Below are positions 49,374 through 59,778 of a stretch of 64,000 nt of DNA, one piece after another (the stretch's first letter is position 1; the number at the start of each line of letters is the position of its first letter). The notes below the pieces were generated by a model, which did no database searches, had not been told where the DNA came from, and was given only the letters and a program-made list of their open reading frames with translations. Source of the DNA: Candidatus Heimdallarchaeota archaeon (lineage in GTDB: Archaea > Asgardarchaeota > Heimdallarchaeia > Heimdallarchaeales > Heimdallarchaeaceae); the NCBI GenBank assembly GCA_019057815.1, contig JAHLWR010000006.1, positions 32,001-96,000 on the forward strand, given 5' to 3'. The position numbers and the translations under genes are program-made.

Positions 49374-50396
49374 TCATCTGTCAAATAGTGTTTCGTCGGT
49401 GGCAGATTTATACGCGTATAAGAAAAGAGCAAAGAAAAGGAATCCTGAAAGACCAATAATAATTGAAATAGCTCCTGCCCAGAAACGAGCAACGAAATTT
49501 ATTGCGATAAAGACTGCAACCATAAATGACCCTCCATTATTATTATCAGCTTTTGAGAATTTCTTTCTCCATCTTATTACCGTTTCTAAGACCCCTAAAA
49601 TCACTGCAACTATATTTATTATATACATTGATGTGTGTGCTGGATCCCATTTAGATACTAAACCATAAAGAAGAACAATTCCACCAAGTAGACCCCCTTT
49701 AATGAATAGAACTACTCGTGGTTGAACTGGTTTAGTATAAGATACTTGTGATGCTCCTTCGCGAAGAAAAACGAAAAAGTTTCCAATAGCTATAGCACAA
49801 GCCAAACATAAAACAGCACCATAGAAAATAGGTGCAATATCTGACCACTCGCTAAGAATTGGCACTATAACTAGCTGATATTCGCTGTAAAACGCAATTG
49901 TGACCATTAATGGGATTGTAGCTAAAAATAATCCTGGAATAACAATAAGAATTGCCGGAACATGTTTCTTAATACCAAAAGCGTATAAAAGCAATTTTAC
50001 TGCGAAAAATGCTCCGAAAACAGCTAATATGGGTCCTCCAAATGGTAAAATGAAGAAAAATAAGCAGAATATAGCATTAACAAAGTAAAAAAGACGAGTA
50101 TCAATTCTAACTTTCCCTAAACTTCGCCACATCAATTCATAAGTGTCAGATATTCTGTTAGCTTTAACAATCGAGAAAAGTGTAAACGGGAGAGCAAATA
50201 TGAGAGGTGAAAGTATTTTTAAAATAACTAATTCACCTGTACCTGAAAGTGGATTACTTCCCCAAAAGAAGAATTTGTCAAGTGTCAAGTCTTTCATCGG
50301 TCCCAATAAGAACCACACATAAAAATAAGCAGGAAAAACAAAAATTTGTATCAATACAATTAACCTGTTTACCATTAATCCTCTCAGTTCTACCAT
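49374..50396 (-). CDS. Polytopic membrane protein of unknown function
   Basis: About 10 hydrophobic segments; ATG 50396 follows AAGGAG. Confidence 0.75.
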   Translation of the reverse strand: MVELRGLMVNRLIVLIQIFVFPAYFYVWFLLGPMKDLTLDKFFFWGSNPLSGTGELVILKILSPLIFALPFTLFSIVKANRISDTYELMWRSLGKVRIDTRLFYFVNAIFCLFFFILPFGGPILAVFGAFFAVKLLLYAFGIKKHVPAILIVIPGLFLATIPLMVTIAFYSEYQLVIVPILSEWSDIAPIFYGAVLCLACAIAIGNFFVFLREGASQVSYTKPVQPRVVLFIKGGLLGGIVLLYGLVSKWDPAHTSMYIINIVAVILGVLETVIRWRKKFSKADNNNGGSFMVAVFIAINFVARFWAGAISIIIGLSGFLFFALFLYAYKSATDETLFDR

Positions 50397-50594
50397 TTTC
50401 TCGTCTCCTTTATAGAAAGGTATACGCAGATAAAAAAACATTTCCTAATTGAGCAATCCTTTCTTAGTGATATAGGTTCTTTATAGGCTAGTTTTGTGCA
50501 ACAAATCTAGCTTATAGGCCTTATATTGCTATACATATTTAGTTCAATAATAAACTAAACTTTATTAATTTAATCTATAATAGATAAATAGAGT

Positions 50595-51824
50595 GTGATG
50601 ACTGAACAAACAACTACCTTGGAAGAATTACTTTCCAAATATACTATACAACTCATGGATTTGGAGTACATATTAAACTTCATGAAGAACGAGAATATTT
50701 CACCCCAACTAGCTATGCGAAGAATTAAGTTATTTGAAAAACTACAAGAAAAGATGTCTCAAGTTCAATCTGATGAGAAAGTACAAGAATTAACTTCTGA
50801 ATTAGATCATCTTTCCAAAATAGTTGAAGAACTTCAAGAAGAAAAAGATAAGCTCCAAGAAGAAAAAACGCAGTTAGACAAGGCAATTGAAGATAGTAAA
50901 CTTCAGCAAGATTTGTACGATGCAGAACGTGAAGAACTTAAAATGCAAATGAGTGCTCTTTTGGGTTCTGTTGGTGCTTTAGAGGAAGAGTATTCCGAAG
51001 AGACTGACCTGAAAACTGAAATACAAGATTATAAGAAGCAAATCGGGCTAATGACAGCTGCTTGTCAAACAATGAAAGAAAAAGTCAAAGAATTTGGTCT
51101 AAAATATGAACCGCTCCAAACTTTAAGTTATGAAATCGAAAAAGGTCTAGAAATTATATCAAAAGGTAAAGAGTTACCAAAAAATTTAGTATTCGATATA
51201 CCAGGTGATTTTTTAGTTTCTGCTCAAAAAGCAAAGGTGGTTAAAACTAAAGAACCCTCAATCATAGACGCAAAAAAAGAGGAAACAATATCTCCTGACC
51301 AAATAAGATTTGTACAACCTTCAAAACCACCATCAGCCCCTTCCAAAACCGCGGTTTCGACTTCTTCTACATCTCCTACCGTTCAATCAGATAAGGTTTC
51401 CACCACATCTTCACAACCTATAATTAAAGAAAACCTATTTGCTGAACCTGAAGAAATACCTAAAGCTCCTACACCCAAACCCAAACCTAAACCCGAACCC
51501 GAACCCGAACCCGAACCCGAGTTAAAGAAAAAGGAAACGCCTGAGAAAGTAGACATTGGGATTAAACCCATTAAAGACGAAAGAGAAGTATCACCAAAAG
51601 TTGAAAAAATACTCAAACTCTTTATTTCCTATGTTGACCAAGCTGATTCAAACGAGAATTTTAAAGCTAGAGTATCTGCTATTTGTGATATGGATGAAGC
51701 TTACATCGAATTGGGTGGTTTGGCAATGGCTCAGATATATTCTTATCAAACACAATCAATAAAGAAAAAGAGTGAATTTGAGCGTCTGATAAACAGTTGG
51801 ATTGATAACGGCTTACCTCGGTAA
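50595..51824 (+). CDS. Coiled-coil protein with Pro/Ser/Thr low-complexity linker and C-terminal helical domain
   Basis: Heptad-rich residues about 40-165; PKPKPKPEPEPEPEPE segment. Confidence 0.8.
   Translation: MMTEQTTTLEELLSKYTIQLMDLEYILNFMKNENISPQLAMRRIKLFEKLQEKMSQVQSDEKVQELTSELDHLSKIVEELQEEKDKLQEEKTQLDKAIEDSKLQQDLYDAEREELKMQMSALLGSVGALEEEYSEETDLKTEIQDYKKQIGLMTAACQTMKEKVKEFGLKYEPLQTLSYEIEKGLEIISKGKELPKNLVFDIPGDFLVSAQKAKVVKTKEPSIIDAKKEETISPDQIRFVQPSKPPSAPSKTAVSTSSTSPTVQSDKVSTTSSQPIIKENLFAEPEEIPKAPTPKPKPKPEPEPEPEPELKKKETPEKVDIGIKPIKDEREVSPKVEKILKLFISYVDQADSNENFKARVSAICDMDEAYIELGGLAMAQIYSYQTQSIKKKSEFERLINSWIDNGLPR
51474..51521 (+). repeat. In-frame hexamer tandem repeat, 8 units: (CCCAAA)2 CCTAAA (CCCGAA)4 CCCGAG
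   Basis: Read directly from the sequence; encodes (PK)3(PE)5. Confidence 0.95.
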
Positions 51825-51928
51825 GTTAAAATAATACAAGCTTGAATTCACCTATCATTTTTATTTACATTACATTCATTAATCAGAAAAGATAAAAATA
51901 ATGATGTAAAAATCGACAAATAAGAAGT

Positions 51929-52006
51929 GGGCGAGTAGTCTAGCTCGGATAAGGCACCAGACTTCGGATCTGGAGGTCGCAGGTTCAAGTCCTGCCTCGC
52001 CCGCCA
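51929..52006 (+). tRNA. tRNA-Arg(UCG), intronless, encoded CCA
   Basis: GGGCGAG/CTCGCCC acceptor, CCAGA-CTTCGGA-TCTGG anticodon arm, TTCAAGT T-loop. Confidence 0.97.
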
Positions 52007-52063
52007 AAATAAATCTAAGAGTCAGGTTTCAACAATATCTTAAAACAGAAAGGTGCAACTAAA

Positions 52064-52786
52064 TTGTTTAAAACTATTAATATTCCTTTTAAAATAACTA
52101 TACTCTTTGTTCTGTTGATTTTGATTTCTTCCTTGAATGCTAGAGCTTATTTCGTTTTTGAGATTAATATAGGTGACACAGTAACTTATAACGTTGTTGC
52201 ATCAAGTGAAACAATCAATGGTTTTTGGGGTAGTTGGCCTCCTGGAACTTATTTTGGTAATTGGTCTGTTTCAAAAGGTGATAATATTTCTTACACAATT
52301 TTAGGTGGCATTGATACAGACTATGTGGGTAATATCCAGCTTGGAAATTATACTTTTGAAAATGTTAGTGATGTTGATCTCGCAAGTGCTTTGATTATCA
52401 GCATTTATCCGTGGAGTGGTGGTTTCTTTGCAAATTTTTCCGATTGGGATTCAATAGAGAACTCTGTTGTTTCAGCAAATACTACCATTGAGAACAAAAA
52501 TGATTTGAGTCTAGTTATAAATGGTAAACAACATACATTTAATGCAAAAATTTTCCATGTTCAGAACTATTATGGTCAATATTCAGATTTATATTATGAT
52601 ACTACAACTGGTTTATTTTTAAACGGGACTACTTCTTTTGGAAATTATTCTCTCAGCCTTGTTCTCTCTAAAACAACTTTCGAGGTTGAACTTATTTCTG
52701 TTAAAGCGTATTTAGATTTTCAGTTAATACTAATAACACTTCCAATTCTTATCATTTTGATAAAGAGATTCCAGAAATTTAAATAG
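52064..52786 (+). CDS. Secreted beta-rich cell-surface protein with C-terminal TM plus basic tail
   Basis: Signal peptide, many N-X-S/T sequons, YYDTTTGLFL, TM followed by KRFQKFK. Confidence 0.75.
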   Translation: MFKTINIPFKITILFVLLILISSLNARAYFVFEINIGDTVTYNVVASSETINGFWGSWPPGTYFGNWSVSKGDNISYTILGGIDTDYVGNIQLGNYTFENVSDVDLASALIISIYPWSGGFFANFSDWDSIENSVVSANTTIENKNDLSLVINGKQHTFNAKIFHVQNYYGQYSDLYYDTTTGLFLNGTTSFGNYSLSLVLSKTTFEVELISVKAYLDFQLILITLPILIILIKRFQKFK

Positions 52787-52882
52787 AAACATGGAACTTC
52801 TTGTTTCTTGTAGACATTTTCCTTTTAGTTTCCTAGCCACAACAATTATTAATTACAAATTGGTAATAGGAATTGAATAAAT

Positions 52883-53698
52883 ATGAGTGAGAACACACAA
52901 AAATGCTCCAGTTGTTCTGAAAGTGTCCCTTTGGAATATTCTGTCTGCCCATTTTGTGGTTTTGGTTTGTTAGAGTATGAAATGAAGAAATTCGCCTACA
53001 AACCTTCGATAAAAGAGGTCTTTATCCGTGTTTATAACTTCTTCCGTCATCCTTTTCCTACAATAGCAGAGATGGGAGTAGCAACAGAAACAAAAGGGGG
53101 GAACTTACTTATTCTCATATTCTCACTCTTTCTGTCATTACGTTTTTATATTCTACTAGTCGTGAAAACAGGATTTGATTTTGCTTTCGTAATAGATCCA
53201 GGCGCTCCTGGAAAGTTCCAAATCTCACTGGGTTTTATCATGTTCCTACTAAGTATCCTGTTTCTACCGTTTACAATATGGTTGGTCTATAAACTTCTCT
53301 ATTCTATGGGTACTTGGTTTATGGCCAAATTTGCTGCGATGTTAGGTTCAGATCTTTCAACCAAACAGCTCCGTACTATCGTTGGATATTCTATTGCTCC
53401 TGTTGTTATAGGGGAGTTTTTAGGTATCTTTTTTACTTTGATGGGTCCACCAGGCGGTTTAGGTACTTCTACTTCATTCAATGCAATACTCAGTTTTTTA
53501 ATTGTGTTTAATAGCTCTGGTGCAATCATAGCTTATAAATTCATAATGATAGCTTTATGGCTAATTGTGTTAGTTTACACATCTTTTGGTTTCAGAATTA
53601 CAGGAAAAATGGCTTGGATAAATGCTTTCGTCGCGGCCACCGTGCCTATAGGCTTGTTTGTGTTCTTTTTCTACATACTAGGGATGTTTGGTGGGTAG
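52883..53698 (+). CDS. Yip1-domain membrane protein with N-terminal zinc ribbon
   Basis: CSSC..CPFCG; FFRHP..; five TMs with IVGYSIAP motif. Confidence 0.75.
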   Translation: MSENTQKCSSCSESVPLEYSVCPFCGFGLLEYEMKKFAYKPSIKEVFIRVYNFFRHPFPTIAEMGVATETKGGNLLILIFSLFLSLRFYILLVVKTGFDFAFVIDPGAPGKFQISLGFIMFLLSILFLPFTIWLVYKLLYSMGTWFMAKFAAMLGSDLSTKQLRTIVGYSIAPVVIGEFLGIFFTLMGPPGGLGTSTSFNAILSFLIVFNSSGAIIAYKFIMIALWLIVLVYTSFGFRITGKMAWINAFVAATVPIGLFVFFFYILGMFGG

Positions 53699-53817
53699 CA
53701 TCATTTCCTTCCCTTCTTACTTCTTGGGCGATTCATTAAAAATGTGAAAGGGTAACATATATCAGAAGAGCATTGTAATCAAAAATAGCTTGGAAACAGA
53801 TTTGTTTGAGGATTAAA

Positions 53818-54822
53818 ATGAGCTTTGAATTTAATAAAAGAATAAAAGACATAGGAGAGCGGGTTTTTTTGGCTAAAATTGCAGGTTTGATTGATGATGA
53901 TATTTTAGGATTTGATGATGATGCTTCTGCTTTCCTTCTACCTTCTGGAGAGATATTAGTGTTGAATGTAGATATGTTAGTTAAGAAAACAGACGTTCTT
54001 CCTAGTATGTCACCTACACAAATAGGTAATAAAGCTGTAACTATGTCTGTAAGCGATATTGTTGCAAAAGGAGTAAAACCTTTAGGATGTCTAGTAAGTG
54101 TTGGGTTCCCCTCAAACATGGGTGTTCAAGAAGCAATGGCAATACTTGAAGGAGTCAAAGAGCAATGCACCACATATAACGTGTCTTTTCTCGGTGGAGA
54201 TTTGAATGAAAGCTGTGATGTTATTATTGATGTTGTTACATTCGGACTTAGCAAAAAAGAATCTTTAGTATCTAGAAAAGGAGCAAAGAACGGTGATTTA
54301 GTGTATAGCACTGGTTTGTTTGGTTGGACTTCTTTAGGTTTTAAAATTCAATTAGAAGACTTATCTGTCCCGTCTAGTTTAGCTGAGAAGAGTAATAAAT
54401 CTGTTAATCAACCTGAAGCAAAGATATCTTATCTTCCACTATTCAGCAGTTCACCAATTATAGCTTGTATTGATAGTTCTGATGGGCTTTTCGTAAGTCT
54501 TTCAACATTAAGCACATTAAATAATCTAGGGATTAAAGTTAATCACGTTCCAATTGATTCTGAAGTGGCTGCATTTGCAGAAAAAAGAGGTTTGAACCCA
54601 TTGGAACTCGCATTTCAAGGTGGGGAGGAGTTTGAATTACTTTTTGTTGTGTCTCCTAAGCACAAAAAATATGTTGAGAAAAAGGCTAAAAAGTTAGGAT
54701 TGGATATTTATTATTTAGGAACGTTTACTGAAGAACAAAAGGGTGTAGTCATTCTTGATCCGCTTTTCAGTAATTATGTGTTACCAAAAAAAGGTTTTGA
54801 ACATTTTACAGAGAATGATTAA
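53818..54822 (+). CDS. thiL: Thiamine-monophosphate kinase
   Basis: DDDAS, SVSDIVAKG, GGDLN, IDSSDGL, GGEEFELLF, GFEHF. Confidence 0.93.
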   Translation: MSFEFNKRIKDIGERVFLAKIAGLIDDDILGFDDDASAFLLPSGEILVLNVDMLVKKTDVLPSMSPTQIGNKAVTMSVSDIVAKGVKPLGCLVSVGFPSNMGVQEAMAILEGVKEQCTTYNVSFLGGDLNESCDVIIDVVTFGLSKKESLVSRKGAKNGDLVYSTGLFGWTSLGFKIQLEDLSVPSSLAEKSNKSVNQPEAKISYLPLFSSSPIIACIDSSDGLFVSLSTLSTLNNLGIKVNHVPIDSEVAAFAEKRGLNPLELAFQGGEEFELLFVVSPKHKKYVEKKAKKLGLDIYYLGTFTEEQKGVVILDPLFSNYVLPKKGFEHFTEND

Positions 54823-54875
54823 GACTCAACCCAAAAATCCTTAATAACTTCTTTTTACATAGAAACTTGATTGAT

Positions 54876-56129
54876 ATGGTAAAGATTACTAAAATTATCC
54901 CACGAGAAATAATAGATTCAAGAGGAAATCCAACAGTTGAAGTTGATCTATATGCTGAAAACGGAGCTTTTGGACGTGCACTGGTACCTTCTGGGGCTTC
55001 AACGGGTGAATATGAGGCGTTGGAATTTCGTGATAAAAATCATAGATTTCTTGGAAAAGGTGTTTTGAAAGCTGTAAAGAGTATCAAAGAGATAATCGCA
55101 CCCAAAGTTATCGGGTACGAAGTGACAGAACAAGAGAAAATAGACAAGTTAATGCTTGAGATAGATGGAACGGATAGTAAATCTAAATTGGGTGCCAATG
55201 CGATATTGGGTGTTTCACTTGCTGTATGTAAAGCTGCGGCAAATAGCTTAGGTATTCCAATATTTGAATATTTGAATAGAGAAGCTTGTACTTTACCTGT
55301 TCCAATGTTGAATGTTATTAATGGGGGGAAACATGCTGGTGGAAATCTTAAAATTCAAGAATTCATGATTTTACCTCACGGTTTTACCAATTTCAAAGAA
55401 GCATTAAGAGCAGCATGTGAAGTATATCAAGTCTTAAAGGTTAACCTCAGGAAATTCGGTCCTTCTGCAATAAATTTGGGTGACGAGGGTGGCTTTGGAA
55501 GTCCAGTAGATACTGCTCCTGAAGCATTAAATATGTTAATGGAAGCAATTGAAGGTGCAGGATATGAGTCAGGAAAACAAATATCTATAGGACTAGATGC
55601 TGCAGCCTCTGAATTCTTCAGCGATAATCTCTATGAGGTAGATGGAAAGAAGTTAACTGGTGAAGAATTAGTCGATTATTATGTTGATTTAGTAAAAAGA
55701 TACCCACTAATAAGCTTAGAAGATCCATTCGATGAAAACGATTTTACAACTTTTGCCAAACTTAAAGCTAGATTGCCAGAGATATCAATTGTTGCTGATG
55801 ATTTAACGGTAACAAATCCAAAAAGAATCCAAATGGCAATAGATCAAAAGGCTGCAAATTACTTATTATTAAAAGTCAATCAGATAGGAACGCTTACAGA
55901 GTCCCTTCAAGCAGCAAACTTAGCAAAAGATGATGGTTGGGGCATTAATATATCTCATCGTTCAGGAGAAACCTGTGATGATTTCATTGCTGATTTGGCA
56001 GTAGCAATTAAAGCTGAAAGAATAAAGACGGGAGCGCCAGCTCGTGGCGAACGCACAGCTAAATATAATCAACTTATGCGTATAGAGGAATATCTTGGTG
56101 AGAAGGCTAAGTATTTAGGTACATTATAA
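54876..56129 (+). CDS. eno: Enolase
   Basis: DSRGNPTVE, VPSGASTG, GDEGGF, LLKVNQIGT, SHRSGET. Confidence 0.98.
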   Translation: MVKITKIIPREIIDSRGNPTVEVDLYAENGAFGRALVPSGASTGEYEALEFRDKNHRFLGKGVLKAVKSIKEIIAPKVIGYEVTEQEKIDKLMLEIDGTDSKSKLGANAILGVSLAVCKAAANSLGIPIFEYLNREACTLPVPMLNVINGGKHAGGNLKIQEFMILPHGFTNFKEALRAACEVYQVLKVNLRKFGPSAINLGDEGGFGSPVDTAPEALNMLMEAIEGAGYESGKQISIGLDAAASEFFSDNLYEVDGKKLTGEELVDYYVDLVKRYPLISLEDPFDENDFTTFAKLKARLPEISIVADDLTVTNPKRIQMAIDQKAANYLLLKVNQIGTLTESLQAANLAKDDGWGINISHRSGETCDDFIADLAVAIKAERIKTGAPARGERTAKYNQLMRIEEYLGEKAKYLGTL

Positions 56130-56252
56130 GAAGAAAATCCTTGAAAACCAAGTAATACCCCTTTTTTCTTTTTTTAATTTTCAAAATTTTTATTGCTTCA
56201 ACTTCGTTGATAATCTTTTTGAATATCTAAGCAAATTTGAAAATGAGATTAA

Positions 56253-57770
56253 ATGAAATCAGCATATGAACAACTATTAGAAAGATATCAAGAAATGCAA
56301 CTTTTTGGATCTATAAGTGGTGTTCTTTACTGGGATATGAATACTTACATGCCACCATCAGCTGTAGAACATCGAGCAAAACAATTCAAGTATATTAGTC
56401 AAAAATTACACAAAATGTGGATTGATTCTAGCTTTGCCGATTTATTATTACAAAGTGAAAAGATTGATTCATTAGACTCTCTTCAGAAGCGCAACGTAGA
56501 ACTTATACGCAGATCTTATGATAGTCGAACAATACTTACTAGTGAACTAGTAGGCCAAATGGCCACTCAATCAAATAAAACGTTAGAAACATGGAAAAAA
56601 GCGAAAGCGAAGAAAGAGTTTCAAATGGTACTTCCTGATATGGAGAAACTATTTGCACTTAATGTACAAGTAGCTGAATTGTATGCAAAATCAAAAAATA
56701 TGCACGATTCTTTTGATGCTTTGATTGATCATAGAGATAAAGGATTTAGTGTGGAGAAACTAACGAAACTCTTTGATGAGGTAAAAGTGTTCTTAATCCC
56801 ATTTATTAAGAAATGTACAGAATCAGAAAACCAACCAGACAGGTCGTTTTTATCAAGAAAAGTACCAAGAAATGTGCAAGTTAAAATGGTACAAGACCTA
56901 GCAACTTTCCTAGAATATGATTTCTACTCGGAAAAAGCAGTGGGACGAATAGATGAAGTTGAACACCCATTGACAATAGGGTGTGGGTTAAACGATGTAC
57001 GAGTGACAGTGAAGTATCATGAGGACAATGTGCTATCTGCTTTTCTAGCTGGAGCACATGAGTGTGGTCATGCTTTAAATGGCTTGCAAGCTAACCTTGA
57101 ATGGTTTGGGCAACCAATTTATGCTTCGTCTTCCCCTAGCTTTGGTGAATCCCAGTCAAGATTTCTAGAAAATATTATAGCTAGTTCAAAAGAATTTTGG
57201 ACTTATTATTACCCTAGATTCCAGAAAGTGACTGAAGGGGCATTCAACGATATTGATATGGAACAATTCTATCAAGCTCTCAATGCAGTTACTCCTGGTT
57301 TTATTAGAATTCAAGCAGATGAGGTAACCTACATTTTACATATAATTATCCGCTTCGAAATAGAACGAGACTTATTTGCTGGAAAGATAGAAATCAAAGA
57401 CTTACCTCAAATTTGGAATGAAAAACACTTTAAATATTTAGGTGTAAAAGTGCCAAATGACACACTAGGTGTGATGCAAGATTTACATTGGTATAGTCAA
57501 TATTATGGTTACTTCTATGGTTATGGTATTGGTGATTTAATTTCTTCTCAAATCGCTACTAAATTAAATAATGAATTATTCAACTGGCGAGATATTCTAC
57601 AAAATGGTTCCTTTACTCCTATTCGTCAATGGCTGGCCGATAATATTCATTTAAAGGGTGGTTTTTATGATGGTCTTGATTTGGTTGAAAATGTCACAGG
57701 TGAACCTCTTAATATTAAATACTTTGTAAACTATATTGAAAACAAGTATAAAGAACTATACAAGTTGTAA
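56253..57770 (+). CDS. M32 family carboxypeptidase
   Basis: HECGH (HExxH), ESQSR, IRIQADE, QDLHW. Confidence 0.93.
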   Translation: MKSAYEQLLERYQEMQLFGSISGVLYWDMNTYMPPSAVEHRAKQFKYISQKLHKMWIDSSFADLLLQSEKIDSLDSLQKRNVELIRRSYDSRTILTSELVGQMATQSNKTLETWKKAKAKKEFQMVLPDMEKLFALNVQVAELYAKSKNMHDSFDALIDHRDKGFSVEKLTKLFDEVKVFLIPFIKKCTESENQPDRSFLSRKVPRNVQVKMVQDLATFLEYDFYSEKAVGRIDEVEHPLTIGCGLNDVRVTVKYHEDNVLSAFLAGAHECGHALNGLQANLEWFGQPIYASSSPSFGESQSRFLENIIASSKEFWTYYYPRFQKVTEGAFNDIDMEQFYQALNAVTPGFIRIQADEVTYILHIIIRFEIERDLFAGKIEIKDLPQIWNEKHFKYLGVKVPNDTLGVMQDLHWYSQYYGYFYGYGIGDLISSQIATKLNNELFNWRDILQNGSFTPIRQWLADNIHLKGGFYDGLDLVENVTGEPLNIKYFVNYIENKYKELYKL

Positions 57771-57879
57771 ATCAATCTTGTTCTCTTTTCTTATCGATGT
57801 AGATTATTGCACTATTCTTCTATTTTTGGTTTGACTAATAAATTGTTAAATAAAGAATATAAAAAAAAAGAAGAAAAAA

Positions 57880-59709
57880 TTAATCTTCGATTCTAATTGT
57901 TGCTTGCTGTTGTCTTACCGGACCATCTGCTCTGATATGTAGAGTTAAAGTAATAGTTTCGCCAGTGTTAATGCGCTTTATATGACATTTTACATTACTG
58001 CCCTCAATTTTCACATCTACTGTAGGTGGAGTATGACTGGAGTATTGAGCATTGAAAATAGGTTGCGTGATAATCACATTTTCTAGAGCCATTTCACCGC
58101 TGTTTGTAATAGGTATCTTTATTTCAAAATCCCCTTCTTCCTTCTTTGTGAAGATTGATGTTAACTTGTACGAACGTTTCTTAAACTCAATTATAAGAGT
58201 TGGTTCCTTCCCTTCCATTTCAGCTAGTGCTACATGTGGTTTTGTTGGTTTTGTTGCATATGCTTTGATTTCTACAGCAGCTGATTGGGGACCTACTCCT
58301 CTTGGTTTATTAGCAATACCAATTGTTTTTAACTTTATAATTTGTCCGGGGTTTATGTTTAAATCGGAAATGATGTAGTGGTATTTGCGTACTGTAGTGG
58401 TATCTTCTGGTATTTTTTCTGTTTCTTCTATTTCTGTTTCTGGAGCTAATTCAGGTTCTTGTTCTAGAGCTTCAAAAGTTGCTATTTCTCTTTCTTCATC
58501 CACGACTGGTTTTGGCTTAGCTTTTGGTCTCTCAACAAAATCCACCTCAATTGTATTACCTGAGGTTTCAGCAGAAACTTGATGGAATTCAACATAACTT
58601 GGAATTGTATCTTCGATTTCTATTCTGCCTACGTTTGCAGTGCCTGTGTTCACAATGTCAATAGTTGCAACTAGATTAGTAACTGCGTAGGTTACAACTT
58701 CTAGTGGATCAAAATATTTCGTTGCGCTTGTTTTTAACACATAAATTTGATCATTCTCTTTTTCAAATACTATAATAGAATGCTCTGTAACATCAAATAA
58801 AGTATAATAATCGAAATTTTTTGTGATTTCTGGATATCCTGTTGATTCTACAATAATACTTTGTTTCCAAATAGGCTCGTCTTCAAATGTTTCTAATTCT
58901 TCTTGGGGCTTTTCGGAATATTTTTCTTCACCATTAACATGTATGTTAACATATTTCAGGAATATTTCAAAACCACTTGCATTTCTCAGACCAAAATTAA
59001 TTTTCCATTGATTTGGAGCTGAAGTTTCGATAGCTTCAATCGATAAATCAACATTATCACATTCTCCATCAATTGTTGGAACAATTGAGCTTAATATGTG
59101 ATCAGCTTCACATCGGCAGATAATAATTCCTGTTTTGTATGGTTGTACATTTGTAGGATGACAAGTAGATGAAATAATTAGCGATGCAGATTCTCCTGCT
59201 TTTAATTCAGGAAGAATCCATGTCACAATTCTATCACTTTCAGTTATAGTTATTTCGCCTGCAAAAGGTTCTATAGCTCTAATATCTTTTGTATCGGGAA
59301 GGAAGTGTTTTTCTAGTGTGATGCTTTTTAAATCAAATTCAAAATTGTTTTTGATGGTGATTTTGAATGCAAGACTCTGGTCTATATTATATACTAAATC
59401 TTTGTTATCTGGGTTTACTTCATCTCCATCAAAATTTGTGTCGAATATCTCATTGATTTCAAATAAAGCCTCTACCTTTGTTTTGTAATCGCAAGTATAT
59501 TCTTTTCCCGCTTCAACATGTGGTATAATTTCTTCACTAAAATCTTGAATGTCTTCTTGATAATCAGCTTTTAAGTTGATTCCCCAAATAGTCGTTTTTG
59601 AGCTTGTGTTTATAATGCTTAAAACGCCTTGTGACTCAACAGAAATTGTTTCTCCTTTTGGTCCTGATTTGACATTTAAGTTTTCTTCTAGATGTATAAT
59701 TGCCTTCAT
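57880..59709 (-). CDS. Cytoplasmic multi-beta-sandwich protein with mu/delta-COP homology domain (MHD)-like N-terminus
   Basis: IHLEENLNVKSGPKGETISVESQGVLSI and RIVTWILPELKAGESASL resemble MHD strands; no signal peptide or TM. Confidence 0.55.
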   Translation of the reverse strand: MKAIIHLEENLNVKSGPKGETISVESQGVLSIINTSSKTTIWGINLKADYQEDIQDFSEEIIPHVEAGKEYTCDYKTKVEALFEINEIFDTNFDGDEVNPDNKDLVYNIDQSLAFKITIKNNFEFDLKSITLEKHFLPDTKDIRAIEPFAGEITITESDRIVTWILPELKAGESASLIISSTCHPTNVQPYKTGIIICRCEADHILSSIVPTIDGECDNVDLSIEAIETSAPNQWKINFGLRNASGFEIFLKYVNIHVNGEEKYSEKPQEELETFEDEPIWKQSIIVESTGYPEITKNFDYYTLFDVTEHSIIVFEKENDQIYVLKTSATKYFDPLEVVTYAVTNLVATIDIVNTGTANVGRIEIEDTIPSYVEFHQVSAETSGNTIEVDFVERPKAKPKPVVDEEREIATFEALEQEPELAPETEIEETEKIPEDTTTVRKYHYIISDLNINPGQIIKLKTIGIANKPRGVGPQSAAVEIKAYATKPTKPHVALAEMEGKEPTLIIEFKKRSYKLTSIFTKKEEGDFEIKIPITNSGEMALENVIITQPIFNAQYSSHTPPTVDVKIEGSNVKCHIKRINTGETITLTLHIRADGPVRQQQATIRIED

Positions 59710-59778
59710 TTTCTACCCTTCGTTTATTACTCTTCGTTTATTTTTAATGCTTTGATTTATATAGAGATGGGTTAAAAC

